Source: Clostridia bacterium
GTDB taxonomy: Bacteria; Bacillota; Clostridia; Oscillospirales; CAG-272
DNA: 64,000 nucleotides
Direction: 5' to 3'
NCBI GenBank assembly: GCA_017461945.1
Contig: JAFTSB010000067.1
Location: 42,781-106,780, forward strand
This document shows positions 55,616-64,000 of the stretch, in pieces. The notes beneath the pieces are model-generated. The model had not been told where the DNA came from. It did not search any database and saw nothing but the letters and a program-made list of their open reading frames with translations. Numbering within the stretch: position 1 is the first letter of the stretch; the number at the start of each line of letters is the position of its first letter. The translations under genes were made by a program, and so were the position numbers.

Positions 55616-57061
55616 TTACTTTCTTCCGTATAGTTGATTCATATGGCAAAATTTAGAGCGATCCAGGCTTTGCAGTTGCTCCTTGGTAATGCGGTAACCC
55701 CAGTTACCGTCGGCCTTGCCGGGGGTGTTCATACGGGTATCTGCCCCAAAGCGCAGGAGATCCTGCACGGGAAAAATGGTCAACCCTGCGTGAGAGCCCA
55801 GCATGGTGCGGAAGATAGCATCATACCCCCGATCCCAATCGGAATCGGTATAACCGCAATATTCCAGCATCTGCCGCCGGGTGTTGGCATCCTGCTCCCA
55901 GACATAACCAAGCAGAGTGTTGTTATCGTGAGTACCGGTGTAGGCAATGCAGTTTGCCGGATAATTATGAGGCAAATGCGGCGTTTGGGGATCTCCAAGA
56001 AATGCGAATTGGAATACGCGCATCCCCGGGAAACCACTCTTTTCCAACAGCTTTTGCACAGCGGGCGGAATATCGCCCAGGTCCTCGGCAATGATCATCC
56101 GCCCCCCTGCGACCTCTTTCATAGCTTTTACAAAAGCCATCCCTGGGCCCTTCTTCCACTGACCTTCTCTGGCGGTTTCGGCCGTTGCGGGAATGCGCCA
56201 ATAGGATTCGATACCGCGAAAATGATCGATACGAACGCCATCAAACAGTGACAAGGTATGCGCCATACGCGCGCGCCACCAAGTGAAATCATCCTGCTTC
56301 ATCACATTCCAGCGATAAAGCGGATTGCCCCACATCTGGCCATCCTTGGAAAAATAATCAGGCGGACAACCGGCAATGCTTGTGGAATATCCATCGGCAT
56401 CCAGTTCAAACTGATCGGGATGACAGTAGACATCTGCACTATGCAAGCCCACATAAATCGGCAGGTCACCGATGATGAAGATCCCCTTTTTGTTGGCATA
56501 TTCCTTGACGCGTTTCCATTGCTTTAAAAAGTGGAACTGCACAAAAGCGTGATAGAAATAATCCTGCTCATCATATTGCGTGCTTTTCCAATCCTGCCAA
56601 GGCAAGAAATGATTGGCTTTATCCAAAGCCAAAAAGCGACAGGCTTCATCCAAATAGGGTTGCCCTTGGATGAAATCAAGGATTTCCTGCTTATGGATAG
56701 TGCGAGATGCGGCACGGCGCAACAACAGCTCGCGCTCGATCGAAAGGCGCTTGGCTTCTACCTGATAAGGGTCCTTTTGCTGCGCCAGGGCAAGCTCGGC
56801 AGTGGTGATCAGCCCCTCTTCATAGAGCGTAGGCAGATCAATAAAGTAAGGATTGCCCGCAAAAGCAGATACTGATTTATAGGGTGAGTTGCATTCATCG
56901 GGAATGGTAAAAGGCAGGACCTGCCAATAACGAAAACCACAATCCGACAAAAAATCTATAAACTCCAAGGCTTCCTTGCCAAAGGAGCCAACCGAAAACT
57001 CACCATGAAGTGAGGAAACATGCATCAATACGCCCGAGGCACGGGATTCAGTGACTGTCAT
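55616..57061 (-). CDS. malQ: 4-alpha-glucanotransferase (GH77)
   Basis: SGVLMHVSSL, WQVLP, GQMWGNP, RIDHFRG, AEDLG and TGTHDN. Confidence 0.95.
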   Translation of the reverse strand: MTVTESRASGVLMHVSSLHGEFSVGSFGKEALEFIDFLSDCGFRYWQVLPFTIPDECNSPYKSVSAFAGNPYFIDLPTLYEEGLITTAELALAQQKDPYQVEAKRLSIERELLLRRAASRTIHKQEILDFIQGQPYLDEACRFLALDKANHFLPWQDWKSTQYDEQDYFYHAFVQFHFLKQWKRVKEYANKKGIFIIGDLPIYVGLHSADVYCHPDQFELDADGYSTSIAGCPPDYFSKDGQMWGNPLYRWNVMKQDDFTWWRARMAHTLSLFDGVRIDHFRGIESYWRIPATAETAREGQWKKGPGMAFVKAMKEVAGGRMIIAEDLGDIPPAVQKLLEKSGFPGMRVFQFAFLGDPQTPHLPHNYPANCIAYTGTHDNNTLLGYVWEQDANTRRQMLEYCGYTDSDWDRGYDAIFRTMLGSHAGLTIFPVQDLLRFGADTRMNTPGKADGNWGYRITKEQLQSLDRSKFCHMNQLYGRK

Positions 57062-59555
57062 ACCAATTCTCTCCTTCTGCAACACCAACCTTCAGGGCTA
57101 CCTTTAATGAAACGGCATTTTCCATTTCGCTAACCAACAGCTCTCGTGCGGCGGCGACATCCTGCTTGGAGGCTTCTACGATCAGCTCGTCATGCACCTG
57201 CAGGATCAAACGCGCGTCCAAGCCGGAGGCCTTCAGCTTTTGATCCACACGCACCATAGCGATCTTGATGATGTCAGCAGCAGTACCCTGAATGGGGCTG
57301 TTCATGGCCACGCGCTCGCCAAAGTGTTGCATATTTTTGTTTTGCATTTTCAGCTCCGGAATGTACCGGCGGCGGCCCAAAAGCGTGGTAACATATCCGT
57401 TATCATATCCACTTTGAATCACCGATTTCAAGTAACCGTCAATCTGGGGATAGGCGGCGAAATAGCCCGCAATATACTCCTTGGCCTTGGCCTGCGAGAT
57501 GTGCAGATCCTCGGAAAGGCTATAGGCCCCCATACCGTAAAGAATGCCAAAATTCACCGCTTTGGCACGTTTTCGTAACTCAGGAGTCACCTGTTCTATC
57601 GGCACGCCAAAGACGTTGGCGGCGGTTGCTGTGTGGATATCCTCGCCGCTTTCAAAAGAGGCCAGCATTGCCTCGTCCTCGGCCAAAGCAGCTAACAAGC
57701 GAAGCTCAATTTGCGAGTAGTCTGCATCAATTAGCAAATAATTGTCGTTCTCGGAGATAAAATAACGCCTTAATTCCTTTCCCAGATCAGTACGAATCGG
57801 AATGTTTTGCAGGTTCGGCTCCGCCGAAGAAAGTCGGCCCGTGGCCGTTCCGGTCTGCTTGAACACCGTGTGAATGCGACCGTCGTCGGCAATTTGCTTC
57901 AGCAATCCGTCGGCATACGTGCTGTTCAGCTTGGTAACCTGCCGATAATCCAAGATCTCCTCAATAATAGGATGATACGGCCGTAATTTTTCCAAAACCT
58001 CCGCATTGGTAGAATATCCCGTTTTCGTCTTTTTTCCATGGGGCAAGCCCAGCTTTTCGAACAGCACCTCGCCCAACTGCTTGGGAGAATGAATGTTGAA
58101 TTCTCCCCCTGCCAGATAGTAGATGCGTTCTGCCAATGCCTCGCTGACACTGGTCAGCTCTGCGCCATAAGCCGCAAGGCCATCCTTGTTCACACGAAAG
58201 CCGATCCGCTCCATATCGGCCAGTACGGCCGCCAAGGGCATTTCGATCTCATACAACAGCTTTTCCATGGCAAGCTCGGTAATGCGCTTTTCCAGCTCTG
58301 CAGCAAGAGACAGAACGGCGGTCAGATGAGAAGGGGCAGCGGCAGGCTGTTTGCCGCAGTATTGCAATGAAAGACGAGATAGATCAAACCCACCCTCTGC
58401 AGCATTGAGTACATACGCAGCCAGCATCGTATCCATTGCACAACCGCGCCAATGGATCCCCTGCTCCTCCAGCTCCTTATAAATTCGCTTGCAATCGTGG
58501 CAAACCACTTTCAGATCTTTCGAAAGCAACGTTTGAATCGCCTCGGTATCCGCCAATTTCCATATGCGGCCCTCTGCGGCCATATAGCCCGCACCTTCGT
58601 AAAGATCAAATGCCACCGTACCGTTCCACGCAGCAAGGGCAGCAGCATCCATCGTGCCGATTTCGGTAACTGTCTCGATTGTTACTTGTTGTGGCTCAGC
58701 CAATCCAAAGCGCTTGATAAAGGCATTGAATTCAAATCTGGTGAAAAGCGCCAGTGCGGCGGTTTTGTCAATGCCGTTGTATGTCAATTGCGATAGGGAT
58801 TTTTCAATGGGCGCTTGGCGAAAAATGGTAGCCAGCTTTTGCGATAAATAGGCACTATCCTTGCCGCCCTCCAGCTTGGCGCGCACCGAAGGAGTGTGCT
58901 TGGCGGTGGGCAACTCACGATAGATACCATCTAGGTTGCCGTATTCGGCAATCAGCTTTAGAGCAGTCTTTTCACCGATGCCCGGCACGCCCGGAATATT
59001 ATCAGAGCTATCTCCCATCAGCGCCTTGACATCCACAAATTGCGTGGATTCTACACCGTATTTCTCGCGGAATTTCTCGCGGTTCATATCAATTGTCTCG
59101 GTATTAGTAGCCAACAACACGTGTACCCGATCCGAAATCAGCTGCAAAGCATCGCGGTCCCCCGTCAAGATATAGGCTTCGCAGTCTTCAGCCTCTGCCA
59201 TAGCAGCCAGCGTGCCAAGTATATCGTCTGCCTCATATCCCTCCAGCTCCAAAGGCGTAAACCCAAGAGCGGCGGCAAGCTCCTTTGCAAGGGGCAATTG
59301 CGTAAGCAGCTCCTCCGGCGTGGGGCGGCGACCGGCCTTATAAGCATCGTACATCTTGTGGCGGAAGGTCGGCGCCTTAAGATCAAAGGCGATGGCGGCA
59401 AAATCGGGCTTGACCAGCTCCAGATTTTTCTCCAGGATACTGACCATGCCAAACAGCGCATTTGTAGGCAATCCCTCTTTATTGGAAAGGGGGCGAATGC
59501 CGTAAAAAGCGCGATTAACAATGCTATTGCCGTCTACAGCCAGAATTTTTTTCAT
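57048..59555 (-). CDS. polA: DNA polymerase I
   Basis: 5'-3' exonuclease (VDGNS, YEADD, GDSSDNIPGVPGIG), DYSQIELR, RAKAVNFGILYG and QVHDE. Confidence 0.99.
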   Translation of the reverse strand: MKKILAVDGNSIVNRAFYGIRPLSNKEGLPTNALFGMVSILEKNLELVKPDFAAIAFDLKAPTFRHKMYDAYKAGRRPTPEELLTQLPLAKELAAALGFTPLELEGYEADDILGTLAAMAEAEDCEAYILTGDRDALQLISDRVHVLLATNTETIDMNREKFREKYGVESTQFVDVKALMGDSSDNIPGVPGIGEKTALKLIAEYGNLDGIYRELPTAKHTPSVRAKLEGGKDSAYLSQKLATIFRQAPIEKSLSQLTYNGIDKTAALALFTRFEFNAFIKRFGLAEPQQVTIETVTEIGTMDAAALAAWNGTVAFDLYEGAGYMAAEGRIWKLADTEAIQTLLSKDLKVVCHDCKRIYKELEEQGIHWRGCAMDTMLAAYVLNAAEGGFDLSRLSLQYCGKQPAAAPSHLTAVLSLAAELEKRITELAMEKLLYEIEMPLAAVLADMERIGFRVNKDGLAAYGAELTSVSEALAERIYYLAGGEFNIHSPKQLGEVLFEKLGLPHGKKTKTGYSTNAEVLEKLRPYHPIIEEILDYRQVTKLNSTYADGLLKQIADDGRIHTVFKQTGTATGRLSSAEPNLQNIPIRTDLGKELRRYFISENDNYLLIDADYSQIELRLLAALAEDEAMLASFESGEDIHTATAANVFGVPIEQVTPELRKRAKAVNFGILYGMGAYSLSEDLHISQAKAKEYIAGYFAAYPQIDGYLKSVIQSGYDNGYVTTLLGRRRYIPELKMQNKNMQHFGERVAMNSPIQGTAADIIKIAMVRVDQKLKASGLDARLILQVHDELIVEASKQDVAAARELLVSEMENAVSLKVALKVGVAEGENWYDSH

Positions 59556-59683
59556 ATCTTCCTCCGCGAATGGGATTTTATGATCACATTATACTACTTT
59601 TTTATGCTTTCGTCAATCTTTCACTTGCCTTTTGAAGCAAGATATGCTACAATAAAAATAGATATTTTCAAAGGAGACCCCTT

Positions 59684-60190
59684 ATGATCGCAAAAGATTT
59701 CTTTAAAAAGATCTGCATACATACCTGCTTCTATTTTACAGCTGCTACGCTGCTGCTGATCTTATTCGGACTTGCCGTAAATCAAGATTTGAGTCGCGGC
59801 ATTCACCCAGGGGCACAAGCACTTTTGCTCCCCTTCTCATTTTTGCTTGCCACTGCCAACATCCAATTTAAATATGCGGACTTTCACATTGCCGGCCGAA
59901 CCGCAATACATTATGCTTTGACAATGTTTGGAACGATGTGCTGTTTGTATCTCCCCAATAAAAATGCAGGGGCTGGCGGCTCGCAGGGCCTGATCCTTTT
60001 CGTGGCACTATCGGCAATTTATGCCATCATTATGGGTATTGTGCTGGGCATCCGCGCCAGAATCAAGCGCGTGACTCGTGATGAATCGCGTTACAAAAGC
60101 GTATATAAGCAAGACCGAGATGAGCCAGAACCGGTAAAAAGAGACCATAAGAAAAAAGACGATTATCAAAGCGTATTTAAAAAGAAATAA
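59684..60190 (+). CDS. Hypothetical four-TM membrane protein
   Basis: aaggag SD, hydrophobic helices, charged tail. Confidence 0.7.
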   Translation: MIAKDFFKKICIHTCFYFTAATLLLILFGLAVNQDLSRGIHPGAQALLLPFSFLLATANIQFKYADFHIAGRTAIHYALTMFGTMCCLYLPNKNAGAGGSQGLILFVALSAIYAIIMGIVLGIRARIKRVTRDESRYKSVYKQDRDEPEPVKRDHKKKDDYQSVFKKK

Positions 60191-60219
60191 GGGTTACAAT
60201 ACGGTTGGAGGTATTTGAT

Positions 60220-60933
60220 ATGCCATTCAACCGTATTTTTCTTTTTATTTTTATAGCATCCTTAACCGTAATTCTAACGGCAAGCTGCCAAAAGACCGCT
60301 ACCGATCTGCCGACAGATATTGCGCCTTCTGATCGCAATTTTACAGAAAAACTGACCTTTCTCGGTGACTCTACCACCGCCCATATGCAACAGCGTTCCT
60401 CATTAAAGCCACAGCAGATCTGGGCCACAAAAAACCGCTATCTGAATTTGGATAGCCGCATCACCTATGCCAAGATCATTGCCCCCGACACCGGCAAAGA
60501 GGAGCCGATCGCCGATGTGGCGGCTCGCCTTCATCCTTCCTATTTAGTAATCACCTTGGGCGTGGATTACGGCGTTTATTATTATCGCGACCGCCCCGAG
60601 GAATTCACGCACTATTATGAAAAACTACTTTCTGCCATTCAGCAGGCCTCGCCCGATACCGTTTTGGTGCTGCAATCCATCTTTCCAGTGGCGAAAAGCA
60701 GTCAGGTGATTACAAACGCCATGATCCAAAAGGCCAACCAACTGGTCTCAGATATCGCGCAAAGGCGCGGTATTATATATGTTGATCAAACACCGATACT
60801 GGCTGATGAAAACGGTTTTTTACGCCCCGAATTCTGCTTTAGCGAGGATGGCATCCATCTGACTGCCAAGGCGTATGATGCTATTTTAGAGCATCTCGCC
60901 ACTTTGCAAGCAGAGATTGGAGGCCACGCATGA
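60220..60933 (+). CDS. SGNH/GDSL-family lipoprotein
   Basis: Lipobox-like TASC, FLGDS and DGIH. Confidence 0.8.
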   Translation: MPFNRIFLFIFIASLTVILTASCQKTATDLPTDIAPSDRNFTEKLTFLGDSTTAHMQQRSSLKPQQIWATKNRYLNLDSRITYAKIIAPDTGKEEPIADVAARLHPSYLVITLGVDYGVYYYRDRPEEFTHYYEKLLSAIQQASPDTVLVLQSIFPVAKSSQVITNAMIQKANQLVSDIAQRRGIIYVDQTPILADENGFLRPEFCFSEDGIHLTAKAYDAILEHLATLQAEIGGHA

Positions 60934-61394
60934 AAAAAATCTGCATCGTGCTGATCCTGTTGTCTTTTTTACTCTCGGCTTGTGCGCGCGCGGCACACAG
61001 CCTGCGCGTTGATGATGCAGCAAAGGCTGTTCTGCAAGAATTCGGAGAGACGGAACAATTTCAAAAAGCAGACGAGGATTTTATTACAACCAATTTTGAC
61101 ACCGAAAACGTAACCGAGGCAGCTGTTTATTTTGCCGATGATGGCACAGAATTCGGCTTTTTTCAACTGGCTGACATCAATGAAAAAGATACAATGCAAG
61201 CCTCTATCAGAGCCTATGTGAATAGCGAGCGTGAATCGGTAAACTCTCTTGCTGCGCTTTACCCCGCCGAGGAGCTGACGCGACGCTTAGAGCGCTTTGA
61301 CCATGTTAATATAGGGGTTGTAGGAGATCTGGTCTATTATTTTATCTCCGACGAAGCCTTGACAAAACGCGCACTAAAGCAAATTCACTCATAA
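60930..61394 (+). CDS. Lipoprotein, DUF4358-like
   Basis: LSAC lipobox, EFGFFQ and YPAEE patterns; ATGA overlap with the upstream gene. Confidence 0.65.
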   Translation: MKKICIVLILLSFLLSACARAAHSLRVDDAAKAVLQEFGETEQFQKADEDFITTNFDTENVTEAAVYFADDGTEFGFFQLADINEKDTMQASIRAYVNSERESVNSLAALYPAEELTRRLERFDHVNIGVVGDLVYYFISDEALTKRALKQIHS

Positions 61395-61430
61395 AAGAGG
61401 CCCGCAGGCAAACTGCCTACGGGCCTTTTT

Positions 61431-62882
61431 TTATTTTCCTCTTTGCTTTTTGATCATGCCATATTTGAGGTCCCACAGCTTTTGAGACAAGTCTACATAA
61501 TAATTATGGGGGTTTTCAAAGCGCTTGACCTCGTCCCACATACTTTCCAAAGAGGCGCGACAATGGGCGCGTATCTCCTCAATGGTAGGCAACTCATATA
61601 CCTGATTGCCATCCTTGAAAATGGGTACAAGCAATTCTTCTGCCTTAAAGTTAGTGAGTGTCTTGGTTTTCCAAGTATTGTCAGGATCAAAAATTTCCAA
61701 AGGCTTGGTGTCATCCACGGTCTCATCATATATGCAAAGCAGATCGGCCTCTGCCTTTCCGTTTTCGCGGTCATAGAGACGATAGACCTTTTTGAAATGG
61801 GGCGTGGTGATCTTGCCCACGTTCTCGCTGAGCTTAATCTTGGGCGTAATATTCCCTTGATCATCCTCAACAGCGCAAAGCTTGTAAACGCCGCCAAATA
61901 CAGGAGCGCTCTTGGCGGTGATCAACCGTTCGCCAACGCCAAAGGCGTCGATCTGCGCACCTTGATGAATCAGGCCACGAATGATATACTCGTCCAAAGA
62001 GTTGGATGCCACGATCTTGCATTCCGGAAAGCCGGCGTCATCCAGCATCTTACGGATCTTGTTGGAAAGATAAGCAATATCTCCGGAGTCAATGCGCACA
62101 GCGCATTTGGTGATACCTTTAGGCGCCAAAATTTCCTTGAACACGCGAATGGCATTGGGCACACCGGATTCCAGCACATTGTAAGTATCCACCAATAAGG
62201 TAACGTCATTGGGATAGATCTCGCAATAGGCTTTGAAAGCCTCATATTCGCTATCAAACATCTGTACCCAAGAATGGGCCATGGTGCCGGTCGCAGGCAC
62301 GCCAAATACCGTGTCAGCAATCGCGCAAGCGGTACCGTTTACGCCACCGATATAGGCAGCGCGAGCGCCCAGGATTGCCGCATCTGCGCCCTGTGCGCGA
62401 CGGGAGCCAAACTCGCTGACCACACGCCCCTTGGCCGCACGAGTAATGCGAGCGGCCTTGGTTGCGATCAAGGATTGATGGTTGAGCATCATCAGCAAAT
62501 AGGTTTCGATAAACTGCGCTTCAATGGCAGGGGCGCGCACGGTCATCAAGGGCTCACCCGGGAACACAACCGTGCCCTCAGGCACAGCCCAGATGTCACC
62601 GGTAAAATGAAAGCCACGCAGATATTCCAAAAAGTCCTCGTTAAAGCAACCGCGGCGGCGGAGATAATCAATATCTTCCTTGTCAAAGTGCAAGTCGTTA
62701 ACATATTCTACCACCTGTTCAAGACCCGCTACGATAGCATATCCGCCTTCATCGGGATTTTTGCGATAGAAAACGTCAAAATATGCGATCTTATCCTTCA
62801 TTCCCTTGCGGAAATATCCATTGCCCATGGTCAGCTCATAATAATCGACCAGCATTGTCAGATTACGAGAAATGTCTTTCAT
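61431..62882 (-). CDS. pncB: Nicotinate phosphoribosyltransferase
   Basis: DYYELTM, EFGSRRAQG, GTMAHSW, LVDTY, RIDSGD and FGVGERL. Confidence 0.96.
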   Translation of the reverse strand: MKDISRNLTMLVDYYELTMGNGYFRKGMKDKIAYFDVFYRKNPDEGGYAIVAGLEQVVEYVNDLHFDKEDIDYLRRRGCFNEDFLEYLRGFHFTGDIWAVPEGTVVFPGEPLMTVRAPAIEAQFIETYLLMMLNHQSLIATKAARITRAAKGRVVSEFGSRRAQGADAAILGARAAYIGGVNGTACAIADTVFGVPATGTMAHSWVQMFDSEYEAFKAYCEIYPNDVTLLVDTYNVLESGVPNAIRVFKEILAPKGITKCAVRIDSGDIAYLSNKIRKMLDDAGFPECKIVASNSLDEYIIRGLIHQGAQIDAFGVGERLITAKSAPVFGGVYKLCAVEDDQGNITPKIKLSENVGKITTPHFKKVYRLYDRENGKAEADLLCIYDETVDDTKPLEIFDPDNTWKTKTLTNFKAEELLVPIFKDGNQVYELPTIEEIRAHCRASLESMWDEVKRFENPHNYYVDLSQKLWDLKYGMIKKQRGK

Positions 62883-62883
62883 A

Positions 62884-64000
62884 TTATCCGTCCTTTTTCT
62901 TTTCGTGCTTTCCCTCTGTGCTATCCTCTGCACGGGGAGCTTTGCCGTTTGCGAAAATGCGAGCGTGGTGGCGGTGACGCAGTATCAGGCTTGCTACCAA
63001 CGCAAGGCTTGCAGCAATGATGATCACCGTAACCAAAATAGGCGTGGTGTAATCCTTGCTTGCCTCTTGTTCGCCTGCATCCGCTCCATCATTTTGCGCT
63101 GCAGCAATGCGATCAGCAAGCTGCTCGCTGTTTAAGGTAGTGCTTTCCAGCGTTAAGGTGTGCAATTTTAAATTATATTCGGCTGTGGTTGATTCCAATG
63201 GGCGTGCCATAATACGAATGCCGCGCAAAGCGTTAATGCCAGACAACGCGCCCGAGAAATCCAAAAAGAGATCGTTTGTGCTTCCTCCCAGCATTACAAC
63301 AGAGGAAATAACCGTTGTGCTCTCTCCCAGTAATCGCACCTGTACCTCAAAGGGAACCGCGCTCTCACCATCCAGTGTCACGCGCAATCGCATCAAGGGA
63401 GCGAAGGAGAAATTTTTGATACTACTGTAATGATAGGCAAGCTCGGCATATTCCTCACCGCCGGTGGATTTAAACGTGGCATTCAGTGCATTTCCCAATA
63501 CAGAAACATCCGTACAGGCGTAGCCGGCATACCAACCAAGGGTATCGGTTGTGGTAGTAAAGCTCCATAGATCATAGCTTCCAATGGGCTGCGCTCCACT
63601 TTGATATGCATTCTCCTGCAGTGGCAACCGTATGATGCTATGGTGCTTCAACGAAGAAGCATTGAAATTCGGAAAAATCTGTGCCAAGGAATCAACACGA
63701 AGGCTTTCTAAAATGGGGGCAAGCACTTCAGCGCTGGAATCGGTATCTATGTGCGTCACCAAATGCTGCAACGCGTTCTTTACGAAACGGTATCCCTCCC
63801 CTTCCAAGAGCGAAAGATCCACGAAAAATCCGTCCACACGTCCGTTTCGCAATAACATGATATATTGAAGCACATATGCTGCTCGTAACGTCTCGGCCGA
63901 GCAAGAGGCATCGGGCTGCCAGGCATAGAGAACACTGGTGTCAATAAAATTGTAATAACTGTGATATTGCTCTAAGATGGAAAGAAAGGATTGCACGCGA
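62884..64000 (-). CDS. C-terminal part of a large membrane-anchored extracellular protein (5'-truncated)
   Basis: Open frame to the window end; beta-rich domain, C-terminal TM and basic tail. Confidence 0.7.
   Translation of the reverse strand, partial: RVQSFLSILEQYHSYYNFIDTSVLYAWQPDASCSAETLRAAYVLQYIMLLRNGRVDGFFVDLSLLEGEGYRFVKNALQHLVTHIDTDSSAEVLAPILESLRVDSLAQIFPNFNASSLKHHSIIRLPLQENAYQSGAQPIGSYDLWSFTTTTDTLGWYAGYACTDVSVLGNALNATFKSTGGEEYAELAYHYSSIKNFSFAPLMRLRVTLDGESAVPFEVQVRLLGESTTVISSVVMLGGSTNDLFLDFSGALSGINALRGIRIMARPLESTTAEYNLKLHTLTLESTTLNSEQLADRIAAAQNDGADAGEQEASKDYTTPILVTVIIIAASLALVASLILRHRHHARIFANGKAPRAEDSTEGKHEKKKDG

Overview
Chromosomal segment of a spore-forming Clostridia-like Firmicute (spoIIID, cwlD, pdaA-like genes). 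It carries mostly housekeeping genes (PBP1A, mnmA, trmL, secA, pcrA, tig-clpP-clpX, thrC, lepB-rbgA-rnhB-yraN, rhaA-fucO, comEC, acp, radA, malQ, polA, pncB). The standout is a ~4.7 kb integrase-less filamentous-phage (inovirus-like) prophage at ~28332-33079, with gene order HTH, pMV158-type HUH Rep, small SSB-like ORF, major coat plus terminator, pIII-like protein, two membrane proteins, Zot/pI ATPase. It is bounded by a 14-bp direct repeat lying in a palindromic AAAA-N6-TTTT site resembling difSL/difH. The reconstructed circle folds into a CTXphi-like ssDNA attP stem. Circularisation would also join a near-consensus sigmaA promoter and an 11-nt antiterminator to the terminator/SD hairpin in front of the phage operon, suggesting an excision-dependent expression switch. 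Two diverged copies of an unrecognised type I toxin-antitoxin-like module (28-aa peptides) occur, one inside the phage and one in an adjacent relic. Other candidates missed by the ORF track are a sigmaG-type N/Q-rich 48-aa SASP-like gene and an MgtL-like leader peptide with attenuator upstream of a CorC/HlyC gene. All family assignments come from motif recognition by eye; no database searches were run.
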